This document shows, in pieces, positions 50,954 through 63,960 of a stretch of DNA of 64,000 nt. The notes beneath the pieces were generated by a model, which was not told where the DNA came from, ran no database searches, and saw only the letters and a list, made by a program, of their open reading frames with translations. The translations under genes were made by a program, and so were the position numbers. The stretch covers positions 9,114,001 to 9,178,000 of the forward strand of contig NC_135901.1 of NCBI RefSeq assembly GCF_964194155.1, given 5' to 3'. Source of the stretch: Cetorhinus maximus (Eukaryota). Each line of letters starts with the position of its first letter. Position 1 is the first letter of the stretch.

Positions 50954-51700
50954 ATGGAGAAACCATGCAAATGTGGGGAATGTGGGAAGGGATTCCGGTT
51001 CCCATCTGCACTGGAATCTCATCGCCGCATTCACACTGGGGAGAGGCCGTTCACCTGCTCTGATTGTGGAAAGGGATTCACTCAGTTATCCCACCTGCAG
51101 ATACACCAGCGACTTCACACCGGGGAGAGGCCATTCACCTGCTCTGATTGTGGGAAGGGATTCACTAACTCTTCCAATCTGCGGACACACCAGCGAGTTC
51201 ACACGGGGGAGAGACCGTTCACCTGCTCCAAATGTGGGAAAGGTTTCAGTGATTCATCCAGCCTGCTGATACACCAGCGAGTTCATACTGGGGACAAATT
51301 ATTCAACTGCTCTGTATGTGGGAAGCAATTCAGTCGATTATGCAACCTTCTGCGACACCAGCGAGCTCACACTAGGGAGAGGCCGTTCACCTGCTCTGAG
51401 TGTGGGAAGGGATTTGCTGATCCATCCATCTTGCGGAAGCACCGGCGAGTTCACACTGGGGAGAGGCCTTTCAGCTGCTCCATGTGTGGGAAGGGTTTCA
51501 CTCAGTTAACCAACCTGCTGACACACCAGCGAGTTCACACTGGGGAGAGGCCTTTCATCTGCTGTGAGTGTGGGAAGGGATTCAGTGATTCATCCACCCT
51601 TCTGCGACACCAGGGTGTTCACACTGGGGAGAGGCCGTTCACCTGCTCCGTGTGTGGGAAACGATTCACTCGGTCATCTCACCTGCTGAGACACCAGTGA
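50954..51700 (+). CDS. C2H2 zinc-finger protein, 8 complete fingers plus 1 truncated (ZNF-7)
   Basis: 248-aa ORF from MEKP; last finger ends HLLRHQ*; acceptor catttacag|GATATT at 50600. Confidence 0.88.
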   Translation: MEKPCKCGECGKGFRFPSALESHRRIHTGERPFTCSDCGKGFTQLSHLQIHQRLHTGERPFTCSDCGKGFTNSSNLRTHQRVHTGERPFTCSKCGKGFSDSSSLLIHQRVHTGDKLFNCSVCGKQFSRLCNLLRHQRAHTRERPFTCSECGKGFADPSILRKHRRVHTGERPFSCSMCGKGFTQLTNLLTHQRVHTGERPFICCECGKGFSDSSTLLRHQGVHTGERPFTCSVCGKRFTRSSHLLRHQ

Positions 51701-51914
51701 GTTCACCAGTGATTACAGGGGTTGGATTCTGCTGTGATTGCTGCTGTCAATCACATTCTAGACTGAACCATGTTCATTCTGACAGTTGGTGAAGTGGGAA
51801 GGTCAAAGGGTTTCTTTCTGCTGTACTGGCCAGTCTTACAACTTTGTTTCCAGTGGTCTGGGAGTGCACATTTCCACTGAAATGTTCCACAGAAGCTGAT
51901 GAAGGTCATTTATT

Positions 51915-52110
51915 GCTGCAAAAAGAGACATGCTCTCGAAGTTTTCATATTGCACTGATCAGGACAGACACAAGAACACCAAATTTCAAAGGGAGCAACT
52001 ATTTATACTGCGTGAGAAAAGGGTGCTCATCAGTTGGCAAGTCAGCTGTGATTGGTCAAGTTGTTGCCATGGAGAATTCACCAGAATTCCTCACGTGACC
52101 TCAGCATTTA
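51915..52110 (-). mobile_element. Penelope-like pLTR fragment
   Basis: Homologous to 37955-38160 and 58355-58640. Confidence 0.6.
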
Positions 52111-54354
52111 GATGAATTCAAAAATGTTGCAATGCCTGGACATGTCCATTTTGGCTTCAGAGTATCAGAGCTTTATGATGGTTCAATGTCACTTCCCTGC
52201 TTCTTTACTCAATAACCTGGATTTTCAGAGTCAGAAAGACTCACCTACCTTCAAAAATCGTGGGTGGGACCCGGATGCGGAAGTCCCACTCCCATTTTTC
52301 ACAGATCCAATTTTTGCCAGTAGGGGACAGGGGCAGGGCTTGATTCACACCCAAGTTGAACCTGAACTCAGCAGAGCCATCTGAACTCAGCACTGAGTTC
52401 AAACAGGCACCATTTTGCCTTCTGCAAGGGAGTTAATTCATAGTGTGAAAGTCACGACTTTATGGAGTAGACGTAAAGACTCTTGTTGGGTGGATAGGGT
52501 CTGTTTAACTGTCATGATCGAAAGTCTTTTTTAAATTCCTTGCTCTCCATGCCAGGGCAAGAATTGGCATGAGCTGGCATGGAGTGTATAAGGGCCTTGG
52601 GGTGGGATGGGGGCTTACAATTGGCTTACTTGCATTTAGTGAGGAGCAATTGTGTTGGACTGCTGCCCCTGGTGGGTGGGCAATTATTCCAAATAATCAT
52701 GTCTATTAATTTATTTTTAAAACATTCTCTTGGCATGTGGGTGCCACTGGCGAAGACCAGAGATTCCAAAAGGTTACAATACAACTGGGATCAAGTCCCA
52801 GAGAATGGAGGCGGGCCTTTTAACCAGCACACCTCAGTGCTCGGGCATCCTGTTACCCGCCTAAGCTCCGATTCCGGTGGCACAGCAACCAACTCGATCC
52901 ATAACCGCCCACCTCAAAGCACCACCCCCTCCCCCCGCCCCCGAGTGAAGATCACAACATTTGGGAACTTTTGAACCGAGGCAGGTCCGGCAATTGGAAA
53001 ATTTCCAGATCCAAGCTACCCACCTCGGTACCGAAGATCCAACCCAAGCTCTCTATTTCTGAAGCTCAAGATCCCACATGCTTTGCTAATTCCTCTCTCA
53101 CTGTGTCCTGCCACCTTCAAAGATCTCTGCACATGAACCCCCATGTCCCTCTGTCCCTGCTCACTCTTTGAAACTGTGCCATTACATCTGTGTTGCCTCT
53201 ACCTGTCCCTTCTGCCAAATTACATCACCTCAACTTTCCCTGTATTAAACTCCATCTGCCACTTCAGAGAATGTGAAGGGGAGATTTAAGTGTTAAACTA
53301 AACATACAGAGGAGAGGAGGCACTGATTGCTTTAATATGTCACCCACAATTGAAGATCCTTTAAATGCACATGAGGCTCATAGAGCACAGTAGGAGGCAA
53401 TTGGAGGCTCTTTGAAAGAGTTTTCCCATTAATCCCATTGCCCTGCAATTTTCTTTTTCTTTCAAGAATCTGTCCAGTTCCCTTTTGAACGATACAGTTG
53501 AATTTACTTCCAGTCGGTTTTGAGGCAGTGGATTCCAAATCGTAACAATTCGCTGTGTTTTTAAAACAAATAATTCCTCATCTTGTGTGTGGTGTATTTG
53601 GACTTTCAAAAAGCATTCGGAAAGGTGTCAACCAGGAGCTTCATACACAAAATGAGGTCTCAATCCTTATGAATGATCGAGATGAGGGACTGAGTGTAAT
53701 GCATCCAAATTTGCTGACAATTAAACAAGGATTTGCATTTCTATAGCGCCTTTCACAACCACAGGATGTTTCAAAGCGTTTTACAGCCACTTTTGAAATG
53801 TAGTCACTGTTGTAATTTTGGAAACTCGGCAGGCAATTTGCACACGGCAAGATCCCACAAACAGAAATGTGATAATGACCCAAATGATATGTTTGTGGTT
53901 ATGTTGATTGAAGGATAAATATTGTCCCAAGACACCAGCGATCAAGGCCCGGGAGAGTGGGGTTCAGACAGTGCCAAACAGCAGGCCCTGGGATGTTGTG
54001 GGTGGGGGAGGTGAGTAGGTGTGGGCTGGGCTCGTTGTTTCAAACAGTTTTGCATCATCCTCACTGAGCAGCCAGAGCTACAGACCTGACAGACCAGCTT
54101 AAAAAAAACAGATCTGTCAGGCTGAGAGTTCTGATATTTTCGAAGCCAGTCTGTCAGTGTCAGGTCAATTTCACGAGTCGCTGCTGCTGCCTCCGACCTT
54201 CAGGCAGCTTTGCAATTCCAATTTTTTTGAAAAGCCCGCCAGGAAACCACAAAGCTGCCCAAAGGTGAGAAGCAGCAGCAGCAGAAACTGAGAGTTTTCC
54301 TGCTTGAGAAATAGTCAGTCAAATCCCTGTAATTTTACAACCAATTGGATGCAG

Positions 54355-54790
54355 TTGTGGGTAGGGGGTGGGGGGGAGGTGTGGGGGGGGAGTTTGGGGG
54401 CATGTTTAGAGGCGGTTGGGGGAAGTTTGGAGGGGGTTGGGGGATGTGGGAGGGGGTTTGGGGGATGTGGGGGTAGGTTGGAGGGGTGGTTGGGGGTAGG
54501 TTTTGAGAGGGTTGTGGGGAAGTTAGGGGGTTGGCGAAAGTTTGGAGGGTTGGGGGAACTTTAGATGGGCTGTTGGGGAGAATTTAGCAGGAGGTTGGGG
54601 GAATTTGGAGGGGGTTGGGGAAAGCTTGGAGGGGGGTTGAGGGGTAGGTCAAGGTTTTGAGGGAAGTTGGAGGGATTTGGGGAAGTTTGGAAGGGTTTGG
54701 GGGAAATTTGGAGGGAGGTCGGGGAAGTTTGGTGGAGTAGGGGGGATGGTTGGAGGGACGTTCAGGGGAGCTAGAGGGGTTTTGGGGGTA
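54355..54790. repeat. G-rich low-complexity tract
   Basis: Degenerate GGGGAAGTTTGGAGGGG-like units. Confidence 0.85.
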
Positions 54791-55609
54791 GATTAGGTAC
54801 AGATTTGAATTGTTTTTGTAAATGTAGTGATTCCTTTGTAGCCACTTTGCTAACATCAGTTGATTGCTCGGTGATTAATTATCTTTAAATAATCAGCATT
54901 GGGCCTCCACTTTCACCATTGCTACTGTCACTCTTCCCACTGCATGCAGGTATAATGAAAGAAAGACAAAACCTACATTTATACAGCACCTTTCACAATG
55001 CCCCAAATCACTTTCCAGCCAATTCAGCACTTTTGAGTTGTAGCCATTGGTGAAATGTAGGGAATGTTATCTAATGGTGGAGCAGGCTCATGGGGGCGAA
55101 TGACCTATTCCTGCTCCTAATTCATATGTGTGTACGGAGACAGGTGAGATGAACAGGACTCGATGGCCTTTGTCATCTATAATTATCGTGCGAACAGAGG
55201 GTGGAATCCTGGCTGGAGTTCTGTTTATTTTGTTGCTGGTGAAAGTTTACTGTGAGCAGGATTTGTGCGATGAGATCACCAGGACAGGAGTGCAGATTGA
55301 GCTCAGTGTGAATCAGTAACCTGTTTTACTGCACATGATTCATAAGAGTCTTTTCCATATACTTCAATATTGTCCTTTTGTCCAGTTACCTGTTATCCCG
55401 CTTCATCTTGCTGTTTTTTGAGGTTAGAAATATCATGATAAAATTATGTTGCGTTGCAGATATTGAAAATATATTGTGGTGACAAGCAGCAATCAGCAGA
55501 GTCTTCAGACTTGCTGATGACCAAACAGATACAACTGTGAGCCATTCAGTCTTCGTTCTCTGGCCCCTTAAAAGTTCTGTTGCACGGAGAAGCCTGGAAA
55601 CAGGAAAAG

Positions 55610-55892
55610 CACCGGGGCCCAGGATTTCTCTCCCAGTCCCTGCTGGAGATAACTGTCCTGCTCTTCTTCGAAATAGTGGCTGTGGGTTCTTCTACGCCCA
55701 CCTGAGAGGGCAGACAGGGCCTTGGTGTATTGCTCGTCTGAAGGACAGCAGCTCTGACAGTGCAGCACTCTCTCAGTGCTGGCACCAGGAATGTCAATTT
55801 TGATTGTTGTTCTTGGGCCCCTGGATTGGGACTGGAACCAACAACCTTCTGACTCAGAAGTAAGAGTGAGATCCACTGAGCCACTGCTGACA
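55610..55892 (-). mobile_element. DeuSINE/SacSINE1-like SINE
   Basis: tRNA-like head plus Deu-domain-like GAGTGCTGCACTGTCAGAG..CTGCCCTCTCAGGTGGGCGTAGAAGA..ACTATTTCGAAGAAGAGCAGG. Confidence 0.7.
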
Positions 55893-56589
55893 CGATAGAC
55901 AATACAAACTTAGAAAGGGAAAGTTACCCTTTAAAAGCCCCCACCCTTTGCCTCCAGCACCTAAATCTAATAATAAAAACCCTAGTATAAAAAACACATA
56001 CAGGACTGACAAATGTTACAGTGTTGGTTTAGAGCCAAAGTTTTGAGTTCCCATTTGAGTTCCTACGCTTTTCTGTCTCTCTATTGTGCATGTGAATGAC
56101 AGCCAGGCGATGGAGCTGAAGGCTCAATGTAGCTGAGAATAACAGGGCTTGTGGCCCAGTTGGGAAACTGCCACGGACGTCGCACTAATAGAGAGAGACA
56201 GGAAGGTGCTGGAGGACTGACTGGGAAATGGGTCTCCAGCCAATCAGGGAGGGAGAGATGGTGATGTGACCTCCCCGGGGTTCAGTGCTCCTGTGTCCAA
56301 AGTGGGGAGTCATGAGGACAGGGTACAGAGGAGCCAAAAAGAAACCATTTGGATCCAGAACATTGTGCACATCCTTTTATTCTGGTTGTCTTTGATCCTC
56401 AAGTAATTTGCTGTTTTTTTTAAACCGTGTTCTGTTACATTAATAAATTTTATCAGTAAAAATATTTGATTTTGCTGGACTTTTGATTTGATTTATGCAC
56501 TTTAGGGAAAGTGGGTGAAAGGAATTGGCAGGCTGTTTAACAGAAAGTGAGTCCCTCTAAGATAATTGGCAAAGGATCCAGAGGGTGAG

Positions 56590-56905
56590 ATGATGGTGGG
56601 GGAGTCAAGAACCAGAGGTCACAGTCTGAGGATATGGGGTAGACCATTTAGGACTGAGATGAGGAGAAATTTGTTCACCCAAAGAGTGGTAAGCCTGTGG
56701 AATTCGTTACCACGGCAAGTAGTTGAGACCAAAGCATTGTATGTTTTCAAGGAGTTAGATACAGCTCTTGGGGCGAAAGGGATCAAAGGGTATGGGGAGA
56801 AAGTGGGAGCAGGCTATTGAGTTGGATGATCAGCCATGATCATAATGAATGGTGGAGCAGGCTCGAAGGGCCGAATGGCCTGCTCCTGCTCTTAGTTTCT
56901 ATGTA
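56590..56905 (+). mobile_element. CR1 LINE 3' tail
   Basis: ESRTRGHSLRI..EMRRNLFTQRVVSLWNSLP plus the 3'UTR tail. Confidence 0.8.
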
Positions 56906-57364
56906 AATTTTATTTTTTTCACATAGCGAGTAGTTCTGATCTGCCTGAAAGCAGATTCGATTATTTATTTCCAAGGTGTAAATATTTGAAAGGGAAGAAT
57001 TTGCAGGGCTGTAGGGAAAGAGGAGAGCAGTTGGATGAATCAGAAATTCCTTTCAAAGAGATGGTACGGGCATGATGGGCCAAATGAACTCCTGCAGCCT
57101 GTGAATCTGAGCTTCCTGTCTTTGTGCAGGTTAAAAGGGTCAAATTTCATTTCAGCCTCTTCCTGGCATATATATTTAAAGAGACAAGTTTCTCTTTAGT
57201 TCTGAGGGACCGACATAACAATGTCTCTAGTCCTCTGTATATTTAAACATTGAATATTCCATGGCCAATTGTAGTCAACAGCCTTCCTATAGCTCTCTCA
57301 GGAGGCAGCAACAAAGCATTTTGACTGCTTAACAATAGCAACCTCCGCTGAACATGATTAAACC

Positions 57365-57865
57365 ACAACAACAAAAACAACCTGCATTTGTATAGCACCT
57401 TTAATCATGTGCTTCACAGGTGCCATTACTAAACAAAATTTTACACCGAGCCACATAAAGAGATGACCAGTAGCTTGGTTTTAAGGAGTTTGCGAAAGAA
57501 GCACAAGAGATCAAGGGGCAGAGAGGTTTAAGGAGGGAATTCCAGAGCGTGGGACCCAGGCAGCTGAAGACAAAGCCCCCAGTTGTTGTGCAATTGAAAT
57601 TGGGGATATTGAAGAGGCCAGAATTAGTGGAGCACAGATATCTCAGAGGGTTTTAGGGATGGAGAAGATTACAGAGATGGCAAGAGGGGGACGTGAGACC
57701 ATGTGGTGATTTGAAAAAAAGGATGCTGGTGAGGGATTTGAAAAAAAAGAGAATTTTAAAATCGAGGCGTTGCTTGAGTGGGAGCCAGTGTTGGTCAGTG
57801 AGCACAGCGGGTGATAGGTGAACGGGACTGAGTGTGAGTTGGGAGACGGGCAGCAGAGTTTGTCG
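57365..57865 (-). mobile_element. L2 LINE 3' fragment
   Basis: HWLPLKQRLDFKIL motif and AGGTGCTATACAAATGCAGGTTG tail. Confidence 0.7.
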
Positions 57866-58354
57866 ACTGAAGAAAACTGGTCCAGTTCTGTACATTTCCC
57901 ATGACACTACTTATGTCTAAGATTGAGCTGAAATCAAACCTTTCCATTGGGATTGCATAATCTGCTGATGTCATCACATTCTATTGTGATGATGTCATAA
58001 GATTACATCAGCATTTTTCTGATTATATAATCAGCTGACACCAGACTATATACTTTATTGGGAGTGTGGGATTAGCTGATGCCTGTACAATCCTTTACCT
58101 TTGCGCAGTAAGCAGAAACGATCGTTTGTGTGATTTCATAAATAGAATTTTTAACTACATGTACATAACTTATTTTTGAATCCAGAAATGGTCCAGATCG
58201 TGAACATTTACCACTAAAATTAACCAATTTGCTAGCGCAAGCGTATGTGACTTTTCAGCCAATTTGTTGTTCTTGTTTACAATAAATTGTTGGGGAGAAA
58301 AAAATGTTATTTCAACCAATCTCCCAATGTTATCAAATCCTTTTAAACATTTGA

Positions 58355-58690
58355 ATATTGCTGAAAAAACAGACATGCTGTCAAAGCTTTTCGTCTTGCA
58401 CTCATCAGGATAGATGCAAGAATACCAAATGTCAAGGGGAACAACTGAGTTTAAACTGTCTGAGAAACAAGGTGCTAATTGGTTGTCAAGTGGACTCTGA
58501 CTGGTTGAGGCATTGCCATGGAGAATGCACCAGGGAACAGTTACCCCAAGCTTTTGCTCAAATTCAGAAATGGCAAGTCGATTCTGATTGGTTGAGATGT
58601 TGCCATGGGGAATGCATCAGGGAACAATTGTCCCCCAAGTGCCTGTTTAATTAAAAAGGCAAAATGCTTGGACAAATTCCTTTTGTGTGC
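58355..58690 (-). mobile_element. Penelope-like pLTR with intact hammerhead core
   Basis: Minus strand TATC-CTGATGA-GTGCAAGAC-GAAA-AGCTTT-GACA at 58379-58412; homologous to the GIY-YIG-bearing element at 38 kb. Confidence 0.7.
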
Positions 58691-59519
58691 AGAAAACAGG
58701 GCCCAGTATTTGAATATGAAAAATCCAGTGCCTGGATCCAGTCTGCATGTTCACTACATCTAATCATTTCTTCCTATGGCCATAGCCTATTTGTGTGCCA
58801 CGTTTTGTTCAAATCCATCCATTAGTTTTTAAGATATATTGTTACAGATAGACAAACAAATAGGGATGAAAACATTCTCTGTAAGGACAAAGCTGAAAAA
58901 AAAAATGTTTTTATTAAGACCAAGGAAGCCTTAGGATAATCCACAGCCAACAACCTGCTCTGAAAACTCTGCTGATATTTTGACAGCTGTGATAAATTCC
59001 ACCCCAGCAGCGGAGACAATCCACAACATTCCAGAAAGCAATCGCCATTCGAAATAAAACAAACCACAACAATTGAAAAGAAAAAGTCAATTCTCCTGAT
59101 CTCCCAATGTGAACGGATCCTTCAAAAAAATTCCAGGATCCGCAACTGCACCGGACATAGGACAGTTCTTGCATGGTCGGTGTACCAAGTTTCGGTAAAT
59201 CCATCCATTACTTTGTGAGATCAATTGTTTACAGACAAACATCTTCAATGGCAGAGGTACTCTCAGTACATTGACCAGCCCCAAAATCTATTCTCAGCCA
59301 GCATTTCACAGGGGGAAAGGGGTGGATTCTCAGACAAGCAAGATAAGGCAACCCCTTTAAATAGCCAGTTCCCACAATGTATTCAGTGGCCTTTGGACGG
59401 AAGCAGATTGGTCCACACTGGGAGTTCTTGCACTGCCTCTCCCCCCCACCCTCAGGTCAGCTGGCTCCTGCTCCTGCTGGACAATCTGCCGGTAAGAATA
59501 GGAGCGTGTTGATTTAAAA

Positions 59520-59975
59520 ATAAACTTGCATTTATAAAGCATCTTCCACCACCTCAGGGAGTCTCAAAGTGTTCCACTGCCAATGAAACACTTTCTGAAA
59601 TGTGGTCACACTGTAGGAAACGTGGCAACCAATTTGTGCATAGCAAGCTGCCACAGACGGCAATGGCCAGAGTGTCTGTTTTCACTGATGTTGACTGAGG
59701 GATAAATATCAGGCACCAGGACACCAGGGGAGATCTCCTCCCCCTCCTGCTCTCCTTCCAATTGTGGCCATTGAATCTTTTACATACACCTGAGAGGGCA
59801 GACGGGGCTCTCGGGTTAATGTCTCACTGGAAAGACGGTCCCTCCGTCAGGACTGCTCTCCCTCATAACTGGCACCGGAGGTGTCAGCCGTGGATTCTGG
59901 GGGCTTGAGTCTCTGGGTTGGGGATTTGAACGCAGCACCTCCTGACTCAGAGGTAAGAGTACTACCCACTGTCAT
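59520..59975 (-). mobile_element. DeuSINE/SacSINE1-like SINE, near full length
   Basis: tRNA-like head, Deu-domain-like CCCCGTCTGCCCTCTCAGGTG..AAAAGAT, and tail ending TATAAATGCAAGT. Confidence 0.72.
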
Positions 59976-60321
59976 GCTGTGTTGAATAAAATTATCTAGC
60001 TGGTGTTCTAGAATGATGGAATGGTTACAACACGGAAGGGAGGCCATTCAGCCCATCGTGTCTGAGCCAGCCCTCTGCAAGAGCAGCGAACATGATGTCA
60101 TTCCGCTACCTTTTCCACATAACCCTGTCAATTTTTCCCCTTCAGATAATGATCCAATTTTCTGTTCAAAACCATGACTGAATCTTCCTCTAAGCCCCTT
60201 CATCCCTGGCACCATTCTAGTACATCTCCAATCCTCCCACTTCACCAACTGTCAGAATGAACATGGTTCAGTCTTGGATATGATTAACAGCAGCAATAAC
60301 GGCAAAATCCAACCCCTGTAA

Positions 60322-61164
60322 TTACTTGTGAACTCGCCGGTGTCTCAGCAGACTGGATAACTGACTGAAACCCTTCCCACACATAGAGCAGGTGAATGGC
60401 CTCTCACCAGTATGAATTCGCTGGTGTCTCAGCAGGGTGGATGAATCTCTGAATCCCTTCCCACATTCAGAGCAGATGGACGGTCTCTCCCTGGTGTGAA
60501 CTCGCTGATGCATCACCAGGTTGCATAACTGAATGAATCCTTTCCCACATCCAGAGCAAGTGAATGGCCTCTTCCCATTGTGAACACGTTGGTGTGTCTG
60601 CAGGTGGGATAATTGAGTGAATCCTTTCCCACACTCGGAACAGATGAAAGGCCTCTCCCCGGTGTGAACTCGCTGGTGTGTCAGCAGGTTGGATGACTGA
60701 GGGAATCCCTTCCCACATGTAGAGCAGATGAAAGGCTTCTCCCCGGTGTGAACCCGCTGGTGTGTCAGGAGGGCAGATGAATCGCTGAATCCCTTCCCAC
60801 ACTCAGGGCAGGTGAATGGCCTCTCCCTGGTGTGAACTCGCTGGTGCATCAGCAGGTTGGATGACTGAGTGAATGCCTTCCCACACTCAGAGCAGATAAG
60901 TGGCCTCTCCCCAGTGTGAACTCGCTTGTGTGTCAGCAGGTGAGATGAATTACTGAATCCCTTCCCACATTCAGAGCAGACGAAAGGCCTCTCCCCGGAG
61001 TGAACTCGCTGGTGTTTCAGCAGGTTGGATGACTGAGCGAATGCTTTCCCACACTCAGAGCAGGTGAAAGGCCTCTCCCCAGTGTGAATGCGTTGATGAG
61101 TTTCCAGCGCAGATGGGGTGCAGAATCCCTTCCCACAGTCCCCACATTTGTACGGTTTCTCCAT
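60322..61164 (-). CDS. C2H2 zinc-finger protein, 10 fingers (ZNF-8)
   Basis: 280-aa ORF from MEKPY to HRRVHK*; acceptor ttttacag|GATATT near 61517; candidate upstream donor GTGAGT at 63264. Confidence 0.9.
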   Translation of the reverse strand: MEKPYKCGDCGKGFCTPSALETHQRIHTGERPFTCSECGKAFAQSSNLLKHQRVHSGERPFVCSECGKGFSNSSHLLTHKRVHTGERPLICSECGKAFTQSSNLLMHQRVHTRERPFTCPECGKGFSDSSALLTHQRVHTGEKPFICSTCGKGFPQSSNLLTHQRVHTGERPFICSECGKGFTQLSHLQTHQRVHNGKRPFTCSGCGKGFIQLCNLVMHQRVHTRERPSICSECGKGFRDSSTLLRHQRIHTGERPFTCSMCGKGFSQLSSLLRHRRVHK

Positions 61165-62139
61165 GGTGCAGGTGTCCTTGTGTCCCTCCAGGTTAACCGC
61201 TCAGTTGAAACCTCGTCTTCACACAGAACATGTGTACAATCTCTCCCCGCTGTGAATGGCGTAATGTTGTTTCGGACTGTGTAACTGTTTAAAGCTCTTT
61301 TCACAGTCAGTGCACTGGAGCACTGTCACTCAGTTGTCTGTGTCTCATTGCTTTTCCAGTCACACTGATGCTTGAAATGTTTTCCCACAGACAGAACAGG
61401 GGAACATTTCTCCTTCCACATTCAAAGGGCTGATGATATTCAGGTCCTGATGAATCCAATAAATCTTGATGCGATATTTGGTTTGAGTTTCCCAGATACA
61501 AGTCCTCTCCTAATATCCTGTAAAAGGAGTTTACAAAAGTCATCATTGTCAGTGCAGGATAAAAATTCACAACACATAATTCTAGTTTCTACGGAACATT
61601 CTTTCTCTCATATTCCCCAGAAGCAGTAACTCTCTGTCCCACACACTGTCCCTCCATTCTCACTCTGCTGTACCTCCCAAATCTCCTGAAGGTGCCATTT
61701 CATGCTGATCAGCAGATCCATGTGCACTGCTTCCTGTCCAGGGCACAGGGGCCTTTGAAATCATTATGCAGGCTATTTATATATATATATATATATATAT
61801 GGAAACATTACTGGATTTAAAATGTGCATAATATACACTGCATTACTTGATTAAAGGTACAGAGAGGATGCAAGGAAGAGCTTTATTTAGGAGCGAGTGT
61901 GCATGACCTGGAACTCACTGCCTACAAGGGTGGAGGAACTCGTGATGATCAGTGATTTCAAAATGAAATTGGTGGACACTTGAAGGAAATAAACTTGTAG
62001 GAGAACGGGGTATAGAGGGAGAATGGGATGGATAGCTCTACAGAGGGTTGGCATGGACTTGAGTTGCTGAATGCATTCCTGTGCTGTAATGACTCGATGA
62101 CTGGAAATATATAACGGTAGCTAGAGTACTATATTACAA

Positions 62140-62856
62140 ACAAAAACAGAATTACCTGGAAAAACTCAGCAGGTCTGGCAGCATCGGTGGAGAAGAAAAG
62201 AGTTGACGTTTTGAGTCCACATGACCCTTCAACAGAACTGAAGTATAGTTAGGAGAGGGGTGAAATATAAGCTGGTTTAAGGTGGGGGGCGGGGGGAGAG
62301 AAGTTGAGGGTGGGGTGGTTGTGGGGACAAGCAAGCAGTGATAGGAGCAGATAATCAAAAGATGTCACAGACAAAAGGATCAAAGAGGTGTTGAAGGTGG
62401 TGATATTATCTAAGAAAAGTGCTAATTAAGAATGGATGGCAGGACACTCAAGGTACAGCTCTAGTGGGGGTGGGGTGGAAAGACTGACAAGGTATTAGTT
62501 GTAGATTTAAAAATAATGTAAATAGGTGGGAAAAGAAGAATCTATATAAATTATTGAAAAAAAAACAAAAGGGAGGGGGAAGAAACGGGGTGGGGATGGG
62601 GGGAGGGGGAGTTTAAGATCTAAAGTTGTTGAATTCAATATTCAGCCCGGAAGGCTGTAAAGTGCCTAGTCGGAAGATGAGGTGCTGTTCCTCCAGTTTG
62701 CCCTAACTATACTTCAGTTCTGTTGAAGGGTCATGTTGGACTCGAAAGGTCAACTCTTTTCTTCTCCACCGATGCTGCCAGACCTGCTGAGTTTTTCCAG
62801 GTAATTCTGTTTTTGTTTTGGATTTCCAGCATCCGCAGTAACTTTTTGTTTTTATC
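62140..62856. mobile_element. Penelope-like insertion with ~115-bp inverted terminal arms and a 12-bp target-site duplication
   Basis: 62140-62252 is inverted at 62702-62818; ACTATATTACAA flanks both sides (62128-62139 and 62857-62868). Confidence 0.82.
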
Positions 62857-63379
62857 ACTATATTACAAGACTAGACATATTTATAAATGAAAGTTATTAT
62901 CGGTCAACAAAAAATATATCAAATATTTACCATATAAAAACATTGGACATATCTCTGCCCTATATTAGTTTACTGCCACCTTAAATGTCAGGCATCTCCT
63001 GGGGAATCCGACTATTTTATTGGAAATACTAGGAAAGAGGCTATCCTTTTAGCCAGACAAATAAATGTGTCAAGCTGAGGGAGTAAAGGATGTCAATGTC
63101 TTTAAGAGAGAGCGAGAGAGAAAGAGAGACCTGGGCCAACCTTTCCAGAGTCTGCACCCTCACTGGATTCACTTACTTTCCCTTCAGTACTTGCAGGTCA
63201 ACAATTTAAACCCAGAATTAGAAAAGAAATGGAAAGGGGGAGAAAAAGAAAGTGTTTTACTCACAGGTATTTGACACGAGACTGGGGAGAAAGTTTTCGT
63301 GTGTGTGAAGCTAAATCCTCATTCAGAGAGAGAAACAGCATCAGCAGCTTTGCTGGGCAGTAATGGACAGGTTTAAAAG

Positions 63380-63960
63380 CTCATTGTCCAACATCCGCAT
63401 TCAAACAATGGGGGAAGCTCCGTGTCGGCAATGCGACAGTGCCCGCGCTCTGATTGGTTGGAGGACCATCCACCTTCCGGTCGTCCAGCTCCTCCCATTG
63501 GCTAACCTCGGTCCGACCACAATGAGGGAGAGTAACCCGAGCGCGTGTTCGGTGGAGAGAGTTTGACCATCAAGTCCACTGCACTCAATGTGAACTGGGA
63601 ACGCTCCTCTGAATCATTGTGACGCCTGAATCAGCCAATAGGACTGACTGTGCTCCGCGGTGACGTCCTCGGGTTCCAGTTTGCAGACCAGGCGCGCGGA
63701 CACGGTAGCCCCACCCATTGTTCCCCATCCCCCTAACCTCCTCGAGCCAAAGTTTCCAGGCAACCGGCTGACGGCTCCGGCCAGAGCGAGAAGCCGCTCA
63801 GCGAATTCCCCCTCCCCGCTCTGTCTACGGCGACTGGCTGGTCCAAAAAGAGATCGAGAGCGACCGCTGACGACAGCCGCACTGCGCCTGCTCCGGACAG
63901 AAAGCGCTTTCTGCGCCTGCGTGCTGGGCTGCCAGCTATGGGAGTGTGGAGGGGACTGTG
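63380..63960 (-). promoter_or_regulatory. CpG-island promoter of ZNF-8
   Basis: ATTGG/CCAAT boxes, TGACGTC (CRE-like), ACTGCGCCTG, TGCGCCTGCG; shares the GATTGGTTGGAGGACC module with the ZNF-3 and ZNF-7 promoters. Confidence 0.65.

Noticed and set aside
58730-59265. Possible Crypton/Helentron-like non-autonomous DNA element (two AAATCCATCCATTA..ACAGA copies)
   Set aside because: Too degenerate to assign a family or ends by eye
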